Assembly (NCBI RefSeq): GCF_009914755.1
Contig: NC_060932.1
Source: the human T2T-CHM13v2.0 reference genome, Homo sapiens
DNA length: 64,000 nt
Direction: 5' to 3' (one strand)
Below are positions 49,421 through 63,607 of this stretch, piece after piece. How positions within the stretch are numbered: position 1 is the stretch's first letter; every line of letters starts with the position of its first letter. Both the position numbers and the translations under genes were made by a program. The notes under the pieces were generated by a model. It was given only the letters and a program-made list of their open reading frames with translations. It ran no database searches and was not told where the DNA came from.

Positions 49421-49875
49421 TGTGCTCACTCTTCTTTGTCCCCTGCCACCCTGGATCCATTCTCTGCTCTTCCCCTGCTTCCCTGTGCCGCAGGAGGCTG
49501 ATCTCTACAGACTCTCTCTCCCCAGGCTTCCAGGCTGACAGGCTACATTTGGATTCAACCAGTAGAAAGCTCCAGGCGGATGGTCAGAGGGCAAGAGGAG
49601 TGAGCACTAGGGGCATTTTTTCCCTGCTCCCTCCTGCTTTCTGCCTTGCTTCTGGCAGGGCTATCCCTCCAGGAATGCAGCTCCTCCTCAGCAGTCCTTG
49701 CTCTGTGACAGCAGTACTATTGGGACATCCCAGTGTTGCCAGTCTCTTGATGCCTCTCTATTCCTTACTGGTTTCTTAGCCCTGCCTATGTCTGTGTAAA
49801 CAGTCCTTTATTCAATGCGTTGCAGTTGTGCCATCTGGGTGGAATTCTATCTCCTGCTGGGATTCTAACTGATCC
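49421..49875 (+). mobile_element. LTR33 (ERVL) solo LTR
   Basis: gatccattctctgc...caggaggctgatctctacagact...taaacagtcctttattcaa...ctaactgatcca. Confidence 0.7.
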
Positions 49876-50099
49876 AGAGTACAAAAGTACAATACTGCTC
49901 TAATAAAAATATTTGAGATGCAAAATGGAAAAACAGAATTTTAAAAATAAGAGGAAAAAAATGAAAGATAGCAGTCATTTGGGAGGCCTAATTTATAAAC
50001 CCCTGAAAGGCCACATTTACTAGGTTAAAGGCCCTGCTCTGTGCAATCTTCCTAGGTGATCCTCATCCATTCCCATGACTTCAAATATTATCTATAATC

Positions 50100-50258
50100 T
50101 TGCCCTCCAAGTGTAGCCCTTGGACTGGCAGCCTCAGCATCATCTCAGAGTTGTTAGAAATATAGACTCTCAGGGCCACCCCAGATGTACTGAATCACAT
50201 TTGTATTGTAAAATTCCTATTTATTCATAGCCACATAAAAATTTGAAAAACACTAGCT
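50100..50258. mobile_element. MER5 (hAT-Charlie)
   Basis: cagcatc...gagttgttagaaatatagactctcagggccaccccagatgtactgaatca...tttgaaaaacact. Confidence 0.75.
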
Positions 50259-50274
50259 AGAAATATGATGACCC

Positions 50275-50725
50275 TGTGATGGTTAATATTGAGTGTCACC
50301 TTGATTGAATTGAAGATGCAAAGTATTGTTTCTGGGTGTGTCAGTGAGGGTGTTGCCAAAGGAGATTAACATTTGAGTCAATGGACTGGGAAAGGCAGAC
50401 CCACCCTCAATCTGGGTGGACACCATCTAATCAGCTGCCACCACTTCCAGAATAAAAGCAGGCAGAACAACGTGAAAAGACTAGACTGGCTTAGCTTCCC
50501 AGCCTACATCTTTCTCCTGTGCTGGATGCTTCTTGCCCTTGAATATCGGACTCCAGATTCTTCAGCTTTGGGACTCGGACTGGCTTCCTTGATCCTCAGC
50601 TTGCAGATGGCCTATTGTGGGACCTCACCTTGTGATCATGTGAGTCAGTACTCCTTAATAAATTCCCCTTTATATATACATCTATCCTATTAGTTCTGTC
50701 CCTCTGGAGAGCTCTGACAAATACA
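50275..50725 (+). mobile_element. MLT2A1 (HERV-L) solo LTR
   Basis: tgtgatggttaatattgagtgtca...gcagacccaccctcaatctgggtgg...tctgacaaataca; 451 bp; accc flanks. Confidence 0.88.
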
Positions 50726-50749
50726 ACCCCTAATTTTATATCGTTAGCC

Positions 50750-51200
50750 CAGTAGTCCACAACAGTAGGGGGCAATTTTGCCCCTCATGGGACATTTATC
50801 AATGGTTGTAGATATTTCTGATTGTATGAAAGGTAAAGTATTCACAAGTTCTAGAAATTAGAACATGGACAAGTTTAGAAAGCCATTTTTTGCCTACTAA
50901 AAGTTTTTTTTAAAATTTCTGAGCATTCCATTATATCGATGTATCAAAATTTATTTAGACAATTGCTAGTTGATGGACATTTGAGTTGTTTGCAGTTTGT
51001 AGTGATTATGAATAAAGCTCCTATTTACATTATAAAAAACACAGAAAAACACAGAAATTTCTGGTTGTTACAACTAGGAAGTGCTACTGGCATCTAATGG
51101 GTAGACACAAGGGGTCCTGCTGAACACTGAACCAGACAGCCCTCTATAACAAAGAATGATCCGGCCAACATGTCAGCAATGCTGAGGTTGAGAAACCCTG
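50750..51200. mobile_element. MER20 split by a ~230-bp insertion
   Basis: ggggcaattttgcccctcatgggacattt on the left; gtgctactggcatctaatgggtaga...gctgaggttgagaaaccctg on the right. Confidence 0.8.
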
Positions 51201-51644
51201 CTTCAGGCCTGCCTCCCAAGCCCTTGACCCATGTTTTTGACAGTCCAAAATATAACTCTATCTTGATATCTAGAGATAACTCAAATTCCACTCTTCCTTA
51301 AATCACCATCATAATTCCCAAACCTAAATCAGCCTCTAAGTCCCTTTTCTTTCCTAAGTTAGAAAACTGGAAATCATCCTGAATGCCTCTGTCCATTTCA
51401 CCAAATTGCTCATAAAATCCTGTCACTTTCACCTCCTTTGTACCCTTCTCTGAGCTGCCTTAGGGCATACCCTCTCATTCTTGCCTCATCTACTAAGTAG
51501 CCTTTTAGTGGATTCTGGGTCACCTGGGTCTCATCCCTTTAGTCCACTCCTCACACTGAGTCCTGAGTCACCATCCTAAGGATAAATGTGATCCTCCCAC
51601 TTTCCAACTTAAAGATTCATTCTAGTTCCCCAACACTTGGTGCC

Positions 51645-51905
51645 GAAGTTGTAAAATTGTATCCCCTGGATATGATGGTATGATTAATTTGGTTCGCACG
51701 GTGTTTTTAAAATTGAGAGATTTAGCATAAAATTTCACTTTTCTAGCTACTCTTAAAAAATGAGAAGATGTATCATCCCTGAGCTCAGAGTCCCACATAA
51801 ATTGATTCTGCTATTCTCTCTCCATGGGTCATAAGCTTTTCAGTCTGCCCCAGTGTCACTTGTACCTGAACCCATTTTCTGACTTGAGCCCACATGCACT
51901 TTGGC
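51645..51905 (+). mobile_element. MER102 relic
   Basis: ttggttcgcacggtgtttttaaaattgagagatttagcataaaa...tcttaaaaaatgagaagat. Confidence 0.6.
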
Positions 51906-52089
51906 ATACAGAATAATATCTAAAAGGCTTAAATTTGACTTAGAATGCTAGTAACACAAACTGGTCTTAATTTACCTTTCCACCTCATCCTCTACACCCT
52001 TCCACACACACACACAACAGCTATCTAAAAAATACACTTTTATGAATATTCAAATATACACATTATCTCAGAAAGTTGAGTAAGTTATT

Positions 52090-52700
52090 TATTTTCATTT
52101 ATTCAACAAATATTCATTGAACACCATATTATATGCTAGGCATTGTTCTAGGTGTTGGGGATCTTCTGGCAGGAGAGGCAGAAATAAAATCTGTCCCAGA
52201 TGACGATGAGTGCTGTGAAGAAGGAAGTGGGGATGAGGGATGAAGGGCAACAATGGGAGGGAGGGAGGTGCTCTTCTACACAGTGCACTCAGAGGAGGAC
52301 TCTCTGATAAGATGACATTTGGATGGGGACCTAAAGGAAGTAAGAAAGTAGGCTACAGAGATATCTGGGGGAGAGCACCTGAGAAGGCCTTAAGGTTAGA
52401 CTACGCTTAAAGCACCTGAAAATCTGCAAGGCAGTTATTGTTGCTGGAGCAACTTAACCAAAGGAGGTTGAGATGAGAAGTAAGGCCAGAGTATCAGTTA
52501 GAGAATCAGAATATGCAGAGCCTTCTGGCCCATCATGGCACTCTGCAGAGTAAAATAAAGAAATATTGGAGGGTTTGAGCAGAGGCATGGCATAATGATT
52601 CTTTTCAAAAGAATCACCATTGCTACTGTGCAGAAAACAAACTTTAAAATGGCAAGAATGGAAGCAAGGGAACCAAATAAGGAACTAGTACAACAGTCCA
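52090..52700 (-). mobile_element. L2a 3' portion
   Basis: attcaacaaatattcattgaacacc...ctctctgataagatgacatttg...ttggagggtttgagcagagg. Confidence 0.85.
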
Positions 52701-52954
52701 TCATATCATCACATACATCTTAGCCATATCATATATACATATTATAGCTTTCAAGTCATATGCTTCCTACCATCTTGACTTAAAGCAGCACAAAGCATAC
52801 CAGAAGAATAATTAATTATATATTCACAAGACCTTATAGGACAGCCTATGCCATGAATTGACATTTATCATCATAACATTCACTAAAACTCCATTGTCAA
52901 AAAGCATTTCCCCTTTGAGACACTCAATTTTCTTTTCATAAAGACTGTCAAAAT

Positions 52955-53130
52955 TATGTCTCAGATCTTCAGTTGTTGGTGGGGAATTGGGATGGAAAGT
53001 GACAGTTGAAAGAAACCAGATTAGCTATGGGTTCAAAATTGTTGAAACTGGAAGTTGGTTACCTAAGGGTTCATTACACTATTCTTTCTATTTTTTATTA
53101 TTTTGAAATTTTCCATAAAGTTTTTTAAAT
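52955..53130 (+). mobile_element. L1MC 3' terminal fragment
   Basis: aattgttgaaactgg...gggttcattacactattctttcta...tttgaaattttccataa. Confidence 0.7.
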
Positions 53131-54734
53131 TAGCATTTAGATATTACTAATATTAACATTTTAATATAGGATTGTTTTAAATACACACTTTACTAGTTCT
53201 ATAATTATTCCTATATTTAAATTCTAAGCTATATTTTATGTATTTGATAAATGAATAATAATAGAAAAATCCTCAAAGATGAACTACAAACTATATTAAG
53301 ATTTTTAAAAACTGGAAGTCTAGAACATTAGAATATTTTACATTAATTATCTTGTCTGTTTTTCAGACATAGTAATTTTAATCCTTATTATAGTAGCTTT
53401 TAAGAGGGCTAAATACTTCTTCCCATTAAGGCTTGCTAGATATAGTATCTGAAATTTGCTTAATAAATTGCACCTTCCTTGAAAAGAAAAGGTGATGGAC
53501 TGAAAAATGTTTAGCTCAACCATGCATAATTGATAGGCTCCCTAGTGCAAATAAGTGTCTAATAAATAATTAAATTTAATCTCATTATAAGAGTTTTCAT
53601 AATGGGATAATTTAATTAAATGAAAGCCAAAAGGGTTTCTAAGGGTTGAAAGATGCTAATGTTGCTATATTTGGCTAATGGTCTGGGGATACTATACTGA
53701 AGAAAGTAATTCACATGGGTGCATGCATTATTTAATGAATCCCTCTGAGATGGAAGAAAGGACAGATCAATGATAACTTGTCATTTTATCATTGCTTACA
53801 AAGCACATTTAAACAACCTAGGATATGTTAAAGGTGGAAAACATGGAAAAAAATTTCACAATTCTTTTAAAAGACAAAGTAACTACATCCATAATATTAC
53901 ACAGGAAGCTTTTTTTAAAAAAATTAAAATACACATTTTTCTATGTACCACTATGTCTACTTTTTATCTATTACTAAAATGAACATAAATAAAATCTCAT
54001 AAGCTGCTGTAGAGTCAGGTCAGATCTGGCGCTAAGTGAAAGTAATAATGGATACAGCATGTATATCTGATACTAAAAAATTGATAGCTGAGTCATGAGG
54101 GACCCATTAACAAGCTTTTTGAGTGAGCAGAGTTTTGTGCTTCAAGTCTCCAGAAGCACTTAGCCAGACTAGAATAGTAAAATTGTAGTCTAAGTAGTTA
54201 TCTCAGTTACAGGTGATCAGTTATGAATTAATATGAATGGTGAAAGGCATCACTCTTCTATATTATTTTTAAAAGCATCATTTTGTGAGAGGCAAAGGTA
54301 ACAAACACCACAAAATTTGACCCAGGTTGTCAAGGCAGGTTTGTGGGTTTTTTCCTACCATTAACATGGCAATTAAAAACACTTAGACTAGGCATACTCT
54401 TGATTTTTTAAAAAAGTTAAACATAACTTTTCATGTGGTGGTCATGTCCAAATTTTGCATTTAAAACATCACAGAACTAACACATTGGCCTCAGAGTGCC
54501 AGGTCTATATTTGGGACAAATACTACAATCCTCTGAAACCTGAGTCATGGGGCTCTCTGAGCCTAGGAAAAACCTTGTTTACAGGGAAACTCCTTGTTTT
54601 CATCAGGGATAAAAAGATGGATGAGCAATGGATCATTACTTCAATTCCAGGGGTGATCAATCAATTGTTTCAGGTTGGTGCTGTTGCAAGGAATCCCCCT
54701 GAAACTTAGATGAATGTTTCTCTTGGATGGGAAC

Positions 54735-54905
54735 TCAGCACAGACTTAGAGAACTATGGAGATGAAAGGACACTGGACACTTCCTAGTCCCACTACTTCC
54801 TTTTACAATGAGGAAACTGAAGGCCAAGAAAAGTGATTCGCTCAAGGCCATCCAACTGTTTAATGAAAGAACCAAACTGAAAATCTAGATTTTTCTAAGT
54901 GCCAG
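54735..54905 (-). mobile_element. MIR
   Basis: ttttacaatgaggaaactgaaggcc...gctcaaggcca. Confidence 0.65.
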
Positions 54906-55989
54906 TCTAGGAATTTTCTTCTACTATGCCAAGTTGCCAAGAGGAATTTTTTAATGATGGTGACATAATAGGATTTTTCAAAACTTATATCTGTCACTAC
55001 ATGCTCAAGTGTGTGTGTCTGGTGGGGTAGGGCAACTTGTGGATACGAAAGTCCTAAAGGTTGTGGAAAAAAATGATGCAGCCCTTTGAACAGCTGTTTG
55101 GTGGTGGCAGCAGTCAACCATAGGTTACATAAATACAGTGGATTGGCTTTGTCCAGCTCTTGACTTGGCCTCCTCCAAACTTCCTCCCTGCTCTCTAACC
55201 TTCAGTTAAGACATATGGGATGTCAAAAAGGTACCTGAAACTGAACTAATGTGCTCTAAGCAGCTGCTGCCACTGCACCTGCAAAATGAACAATGTAGTG
55301 TGTTGTCCATGTGTATACATGTGTGCAAAGGGAGGGGGACAGGTTGACATGGGGCCAAGAGAATCCTAAGATTTGAAAAGTATCGGCGTCAGTATTCAAG
55401 GTATGTTGGGTAGTAGTTAGACAAATGATTACCTGTAACTATCAATTTTTAAAGAAGATGCATTTTTCTACAGTGGTCTAATATCTCCTTTCAGGTATTT
55501 TTTAATCAGAATATTTGGTTTCACTTAACGTAAAGATGATAATTCTGAATCTGGAACTCTCTTTTGTAATAAACATTGATTCTTCTGATACCTCTGAAAA
55601 AAATGATCACTTTACTTTTATGGGGAAGCCTCCCAGATATATTTTGTCTTGTTTTGTTATACAGAGAAGTCAGTAAAATCTGGTGAGCTTTTCTGGGATA
55701 AAGCAGATGACATTTAAGGCAACTTTCCTAATCCTTCCTCCTTTTGGAGACATTAGGGGTTTTACTCTCTAGAGCTGCTGTCTCTCCAACAACTATTACA
55801 TTGGTTACTGATCTTTGGTAACAGGAATGGGAACATGCAGGTGGCAAAATACTTGCTTCTGTTGTTTCTCAGGCATAGAAAGTGCAATGCCCTCGGCAGA
55901 CTCATTCCGAATGTGTTCATAATTAGGGTATTGTCTCTGTCTGTGGTCTGTATATTCTTAGGGAAAGGCACTTATCTACAGATACCTAC

Positions 55990-56363
55990 TGTATTAGTCC
56001 ATTCTCATGCTGCTAATAAAGACATACCCAAGACTGGGTAATTTATAAAGGAAAGAGGTTTAACTGACTCACAGTTCAGCATGGCTGGGGAGGCCTCAGG
56101 AAATTTGCAATTATGGCAGAAGGGGAAACAAACGCATCCTTCTTCACATGATGGCAGGAAGGAAAAGAATGAGTTGAAGGGGAAAAGCCCCTTATAAAAC
56201 CATCAGATCTCATGAGAACCCCATCACTATCAGGAGAACAGCATGAGGGTAACCGCCCCCATGACTAAATTACCCCCAACGGGATCCCTCCCACAACACA
56301 TGGGGATTATGGGATCAACAATTCATGATGAGATTTGGGTGAGGACACAGCCAAACCATATCA
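55990..56363 (-). mobile_element. THE1 (THE1C-like) MaLR solo LTR
   Basis: tgtattagtccattctcatgctgctaataaagacatacc...gacacagccaaaccatatca; 5-bp TSD cctac/cctgc. Confidence 0.92.
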
Positions 56364-58420
56364 CCTGCCTTTATTAGGAACAATGCTACAGGGCAAAAAT
56401 GATTATTCTCGTTTTACACATGAAAATTTTAAACTTGGAAACCTGCAGAAACTAATCAATGATCACAAAAATAAGAACCTAAATCAGAACCTAAATCCTG
56501 TTTTTTTTTCCTTAAAGTATGTGGCTTTTTCCCTCCACCAAAAGATGTTATAAAGTACTAATGTTCACAAAGGCATTATGTTTTCAAATTGTTGTTATTG
56601 GGTATGGGGGTGTCTTTGCTATCATTCCAAAAGTTTAGAAGAGCTCTTACAGGGCAAAACTAAGTTGATAAAAACATTCTCAAAGATTGAATGTAAATCT
56701 CAAAGATTGAATGGAAACAGCATACTGTTTTAAACATCTGAAATATTTTTCCCCAACAACAACGGTACACATAGGAATGACACTCATTTCAATGTCCCTC
56801 ATTACAATGTAGCTTTGAGGATTGTTCTTGAAATATTTTTATCTTTATATTTTCTGATCCATCACGTTCTAATGGAGTATTATTTGTTTTTATTCTTCAA
56901 ACTGGCAAGAAAAATCCATAGTCAAATTGTTTTTATTTATTCAGGATACTCAAATAATCATAATAATTTTCAATAAGAATATAGTTATTTCATTGTCTTT
57001 CTTGCTTAATAACCCCATTTTCTTCATATTGTGATTGTATCTCTACATAAAGGATTAGTCATCCACGACCGATAAGGGTAAGGAGAGGAACAAATGTTCT
57101 TTAATTAGTTTCATTTAATGTGTTTCAAATATACAATACCACTATTTAAAATTAATGAATTTACTTTGAACTTTTTCTCATGTACCCACATTTTTTTCTT
57201 AAAATAGTTAACAGCAAACTACAGAAGACTCTTGATTCAAAAGGCATACATTCCAAAATATACCTATTCTGTAAAAGGTTTGCCAGAAAATGTATAGGCA
57301 AGACCTGAAGACAACTGAGTAGAATACAGGTCTTGGATAGATGGTTAGGATCACTCCAGCTAGTAAATTGTTTTTACTTGTTCCCCTGTCATTTGTTAAT
57401 GCTTCTATTTATTTTGTAACCTTAGGTAAATGTTAAACAACAACTTCAAATATCTAGAAAAATGGCCAGCCAAAATCTCTTTTCTATAGAAGTAGCAAGC
57501 TTCTTTCTTTAAAATATAAGACAAAATGTTGGATGAAATTACCTAAAAAATATTCACCGTCTGTCACAGGTGCTTCCCAAGCTGCAACACCACCTATACC
57601 AGGCACAAGCATTTTTCAATAACAGAATATTGCCAAGGGAATATATTTATCTGGCATACATTCCAAATGAAATATAAGCAATCAAATTTCCTAAAATTGT
57701 TACAGTCAGATCCACAATCTCTAGTTAATGTATTTAATCCTAAAACATCTGAGTCAAAATTCAATGATTCAAATGGTAATGAGAGTGTATAAAGTATGTA
57801 AGAAAATAGGCATGACCATTGGTTTCAAAATTAAAGTTCTAATACTGAGGTTTAAATATCCCAAAATGCTTTGCTTAAGAAAATCTTGAGGTTTTACATT
57901 TGTGAATATACATGGTATATGATAATTTCTATGAAGGCATAATTTCTCCCAAATCCAGGACTCACCTTAATGAAATATGAAGCCCACTCACATGAAAAAA
58001 CTGCATTAGAGACAGAACTCTTCTGACTGGGAACAGTAATTTCAGTAAGATGGCAAAACTGGTGAATGTCACCTTATCTGCCCAGCTGGAGAAGCCTGTT
58101 TCCAGTCTGGACATATTTTTTGGCCTCTGCACTATGGGATCAATGCTATTTCCCCTTGAACTTTCTGCTTGCTAAGGTTTTTCACTTTTGTGACATTCCA
58201 GGTCTCTGTTCTCATCCTGGCCTGCTGGATGGTTTCCTATAGTCTACTGGGTTACATGTGACTTCCTTCCTGCGGCTCTACGGGCTAAGAGCAGTAACAT
58301 CAGGCTCCTAGTAAGAATAGTCACCAGATCTCTTCAAGAAAAGCCAGTAGAATTCCAGAAAGAAAAATGAGAGCTTCCTGACTTATGTTCCACATTGTTT
58401 CTAAGAAAATGCACATTTTA

Positions 58421-58829
<409 letters not shown>

Positions 58830-59132
58830 TTAAAGATAATGTATGCTAATGATTTTTACAGATCCAAAAATGATGTTCCCCTTATTTTTTTAACCAAGCC
58901 TATGAAATTTTCACATTAGTTTTAATTATTACCTGTTCTGAAATATGATTAAACATCCCTTCCACAACACACACACAATGGGAAAAGTACCTTCTGCACA
59001 CAACCATAAGGGGGGAAATTTCCCTTATCTAAGGAGCTTAGTATCAATAAGCAACTGATTCCTTTCCAGATTTGGATATTCTTGGATCAGAAAAAGGCAC
59101 CTTTAAAAAGTGAGTTCTCCCTTGAATCCTTA

Positions 59133-59148
59133 GTGTGTGTGTGTGTGT
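59133..59148. repeat. (GT)8 microsatellite
   Basis: Read directly from the sequence. Confidence 0.9.
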
Positions 59149-61179
59149 AGGTGAATGTATTTGTTTGCTTTGGCATCACTGGTATCATTGGAATCATGTC
59201 CCAGTATTCTACCCATAAACAAGCATGCTTGCTGGAACAGCCTGAAAGAGGGGCAGTATTCCAGGGAACCAATGGACAAGCCAGCACTGAGAGGAGCCAC
59301 TGCCAACAATGGGGAAAGAAAGCAAACGTGAAATTCTAAGACCAATGCATCTCCACTCCGGATGTCAGAGGTCTGGGATGGCAGAAAAGGTGAAAAGGTC
59401 CAGATTAAAGCTATATAGACCTCATGAGGCTGATAGAACCTTGTATTTATTTTTTCTGGGAGGTTAGTTTAGCTAAGCAAGGAATGAAATATAATATCAT
59501 CCATTCTGGCTGATATTTCAATAGTGTTGACTAATAAGAATATGCATTTATAAGTTAATCAAATACTTTAGTATGGCCTAAACTAATTGTTGTAGGTCAT
59601 TTCTTTAATCACAGGATGAAAAACACAGCTCTTAATAACATGATTTTTTAACTTTTCAAATAAGTTTTCACTGAAATCTGGGTCCATTCTCACATGGAGA
59701 CATTAACAAGCAAAGTAGAATTATCGTTTCCATGTGAAGTACCCTGGAATTGTAAGAGCCAAACAAGGAAAGGGAACCACAACAGGATGGCAGGATATCA
59801 GATATACAAGACATATTTGATGTACAAGATCTACCAATTGCCAAAGATTCTTGCCAAGGAAGTATCACTGGAGTTTGGATGAGAGAAAGACTTGGGAGAT
59901 CAGGGAGAGTGCAGTATGCAGGTAACTACCAACGCAGGGAAGAGAGGGGCCTGCTTCCCCTCTGGCCAGTTCCTGGCCTAACCGGAGGGCTGTTCTTGGG
60001 AGCATTCGTGGTTTGCCTTGCCCTTGGAGAGGGAATAGCTGATGTCTTCATGGGGTTTCTGGCCCTTTTTAGACCCTCTCCTTAATATTTAAATCACCAG
60101 GTTTGCAAAATAGAGATCCAGTTTACTCAAAAACTATTATAATATCAAAGATTGATGACTTACAATTTTGCTTTATAAATTAGAAATATAAATTCCCAAA
60201 TCTAACCTCCTTTAATGTTACAGTGGTTGAACTCTTTGTTATTAGTTGCTTTGCTCTGAAATAAAGAGTTGCTTTTAAGAAAAATGGCTTTTTATGTATG
60301 ACTAAAGTTTTCTTACTTAAAACACAGAATTTATGCATTAACCCTAAAGATTCCTAAAGAAGATGAGAAATAAAAAGCAGGAAGAAGACTCAGAATGAGA
60401 AATTTGAAGCCATGACCCAAAATTTGCATAAGATAGATTGTACAGTAGTATAAATCATGGTAACAACTTGTGAGATATAGGTGATTTCTAACAGAGTATG
60501 AAGCTGGTCTGCTTTGAAGCACTGTCTTGCGGTTTTCCTCTTCCGTGTGACTGATCTAAACTTAGCAATGATTTTGGGGCTACAATTTTTGTTCTCTTGA
60601 AACATCGCAATTTTTCATGTTTTTCCCTTCTCTTTTTGGATATTGATGTTGGTTGGCCTTGCTGTTGCTTCGGATGGGAGTTTACACGAGGCAAGCCCTG
60701 CTTAGCTGCATCAGCTTGTGGAGCCTTCCTCCCTATGTTTGGTTAGCTTATTATATCGACTCCCCTGCTGCTTAATGACCTGGTTGTAGTTTTGTTTTAT
60801 GGGTTTTCCTTTTAAATGATAACAATTAAAAACAAGAGAGAATAAATGTCCCAGGCATCAAACCAAAATATATGCAGAAATAAAGAGAGATGGAACACTT
60901 AAGGAAAGTCCATTCAGAGTAGCAGACCATAGTCTGAATTATTAGTATTTCTACCATTGCCTCATTGAAGGCTGCTGAATAAATTACCTACTTCTCTCAC
61001 CTCATTGTGGGCTAAGATCATGTCACCTTTTATGCCTTATATAACGCCTAGTGAGGTCACTGACTTAAAAATCAATAATGTGTTAATAAACAGAATGCCA
61101 GTTAGTTCAACATATATGCTGAAAAACAAAAAACAGGGAAGGCTAGTGCATCTCAAAAATTATTAGAGATGGAGCAGTA

Positions 61180-61431
61180 GGCCAAGTAGGTGGCTCATGC
61201 CTGTAATCCCAGCACTTGGGGAGGCTGAAGTGGGAGGATTGCTTGAGTCTAGGAGTTCAAGACTATCTTGGGCAATATAGCAAAAACCCTATTTCTACAA
61301 AAAATAAAAAATTAGCCTGGTGTGGTGGAAGGGTTGCTTGAGCCTGGGAGGTCGAGGCTGCAGTGAGCAGTGATGGCACCATTACACTAAGCCTGGGGGA
61401 CAGAGAGAGACCTTGTCTCAAAAAAAAAAAA
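61180..61431 (+). mobile_element. AluJ with ~40-bp internal deletion in the right arm
   Basis: ggaggattgcttgag, gtcgaggctgcagtgagc; 15-bp imperfect TSD agagatggagcagta / agagatgaatcagta. Confidence 0.9.
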
Positions 61432-63607
61432 AGAGATGAATCAGTAATATAATTAATATTTTCATATGGGTGAGTCTGGAACGAGGCATATGGGTGAGTC
61501 TGCATTGGCTCCTGACCATGTTTCCATTGAATGGTTAAGTTGCCATAAGAAGCAATTTTTTGGCTTATAGGAGAAAGTATTACTGATTGATGGACTGGAA
61601 TAGATTGCCCAGAGAGTGCTTTGGTTAACGTTATTTTGTTCGGGGGAGAAGTTATGAAGAAGTATGGATAAGCATGTTTTTTGGGGGAGGAGAGCATTAG
61701 TAAAAAGTATTTAATGTAACATCAGTTGATGCTTTAAAACAATGCTACCAACCTATGTTGTTGTGTGGCAATGATGCATTTTGTAAAAACCTAATAAAAT
61801 GTCAGAATAAGATTTATGCAACTATTACAAAACTAAAACAATCTCATGAGTTTAAAATGTATCCAACTTCCATTATACCAAAAAATTGTAATGCAAAATA
61901 CATGAATAAGATCAATCTTCAAGGCTGAAACTTTCAAATGCCTCCCTTTTAACAAAATGCATAAAAAACTAGGGGAAATACTCTGTACAGAGCACCATGA
62001 AATATACAAACTTTCCTAGAACAAGATCCTGCTATAGCCAATTCTACCCCACTGGCTGTCTAGTTACCTCAATCTGAATAAGAAACGCTGTTAAATTTAA
62101 CAAGGAACATCTGTTTTTCATTTGAGGTGCATTCAAGTGTTCATTAAAGTGTCCTAACTGCTCTTTTCTTTTTCTATTTCACAATGGCTTTCCTTTTAAT
62201 ACTATTGCAAGTTCAGCATGTGACTTAAAAAAACCTCAGAGTCATTGTGGCATTTCCTTTGAAAAATGCCAGGAGAAACAAGAGAGAAAGCTGAAATCTC
62301 TAAGTTTAATAACATTTTATTATTATTCACCTTTTCCATACTTCCTAGGGGTGTTTATTTTCAACAATTATTCAAGTAGGCTTCATTGAACCTGAATACC
62401 CCAGAGGCCTTCACTCCTGTCTGCAGAGAGGCCCAGGAAAACAGATCTTGAAAGTGAGTTATTGGTATAAGACCCCTTGATGGAAGTATTTGGTCACCTT
62501 CTATAGGAGGAAAAATCAGTTCAAAATAATTTAAATGCAATGCCTCATATTGCCAAATTCATTAGAATATATAATTTATCCTGAGTCTTCGTTTTCCAAA
62601 CATGACCTTTGTTTTCTTAAAAGCATCAAAATTAGCAAATGAATTTGGATACTTACTTCATTGAAGGAGTAGAAAATATTTTACAGATTTATAGTGCAGA
62701 CCTATCAGATTTTAACTAATAAATTGCATCTAAATGTAACAAAAATCACTTTCATTTTAATAAATGATAAAAGATGTCTAATCACTCAAGCACACAATTA
62801 AGTTGATTTCAAAAAATATATTTTTAAGAATGTTGCTAAATACACCTCTAAAATAAAAATCCTTGTATTTTAGATAATTTAGGTCAAATTATAATAATAT
62901 ACTACATTGGTAGGCACCTTGATAATAAGAGAAATATAGAAGTATCTTGTGGCTGAAAAAGCAGCACAGAAATCAATTCCAGTATGAAACAGATTTTTGT
63001 CAAAAATCACTTACCTAATATGATGAATTGTTCAAATGTTACAGATAGAAAAACAAAGGCTTACTCAGAGTAGGTGCTCAATAAATATTAGGTCCTCAAA
63101 AAATATGTATTAAATAGAGAGACAGAGGTTATGAGCCCAGAATCTGTCATTCTATTTCATATAAAAGGGACTTGTGTATTTCCAGATAGCATTTCTGATT
63201 TCCTACCTGATTTTGAATAAAGAGGACAGGTAGCACTATGATTATATTATTCCTGTTGATATAAAAGATGAACTATAAATACAGCATTGTTAAGCCTTGT
63301 CAAATGAAGTTCTTTGATAATTTGAACAAAAACTACCTGTAGCTTAACTTTGGCATTATGAATACAGTCAAGTCCTCTGTGAAAATTAGTTATGAAAGTA
63401 GAATCTTAGGAATAAGTCTATATATAAACTTACTTTAAAATGCAAGTAAATTAGTGCTAGTAAAAATAACTTACAAACACCTATCAAGCAAGGCTTTGTT
63501 AGTATAGCCAGAGCCACTGTATAAATTTGAAAGATATTTTATTTAAAATGTATTAGCCCTATAGTAAAAACTTTAATTCACAGGTTTCATCTTCTATGAA
63601 AAGTCCA

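Noticed and set aside
59070-59109. 40-nt plus-strand micro-exon (ttccag|...AA|gtgagt)
   Set aside because: Splice motifs are good, but it is not frame-preserving, gives no recognisable peptide and has no partner exons.
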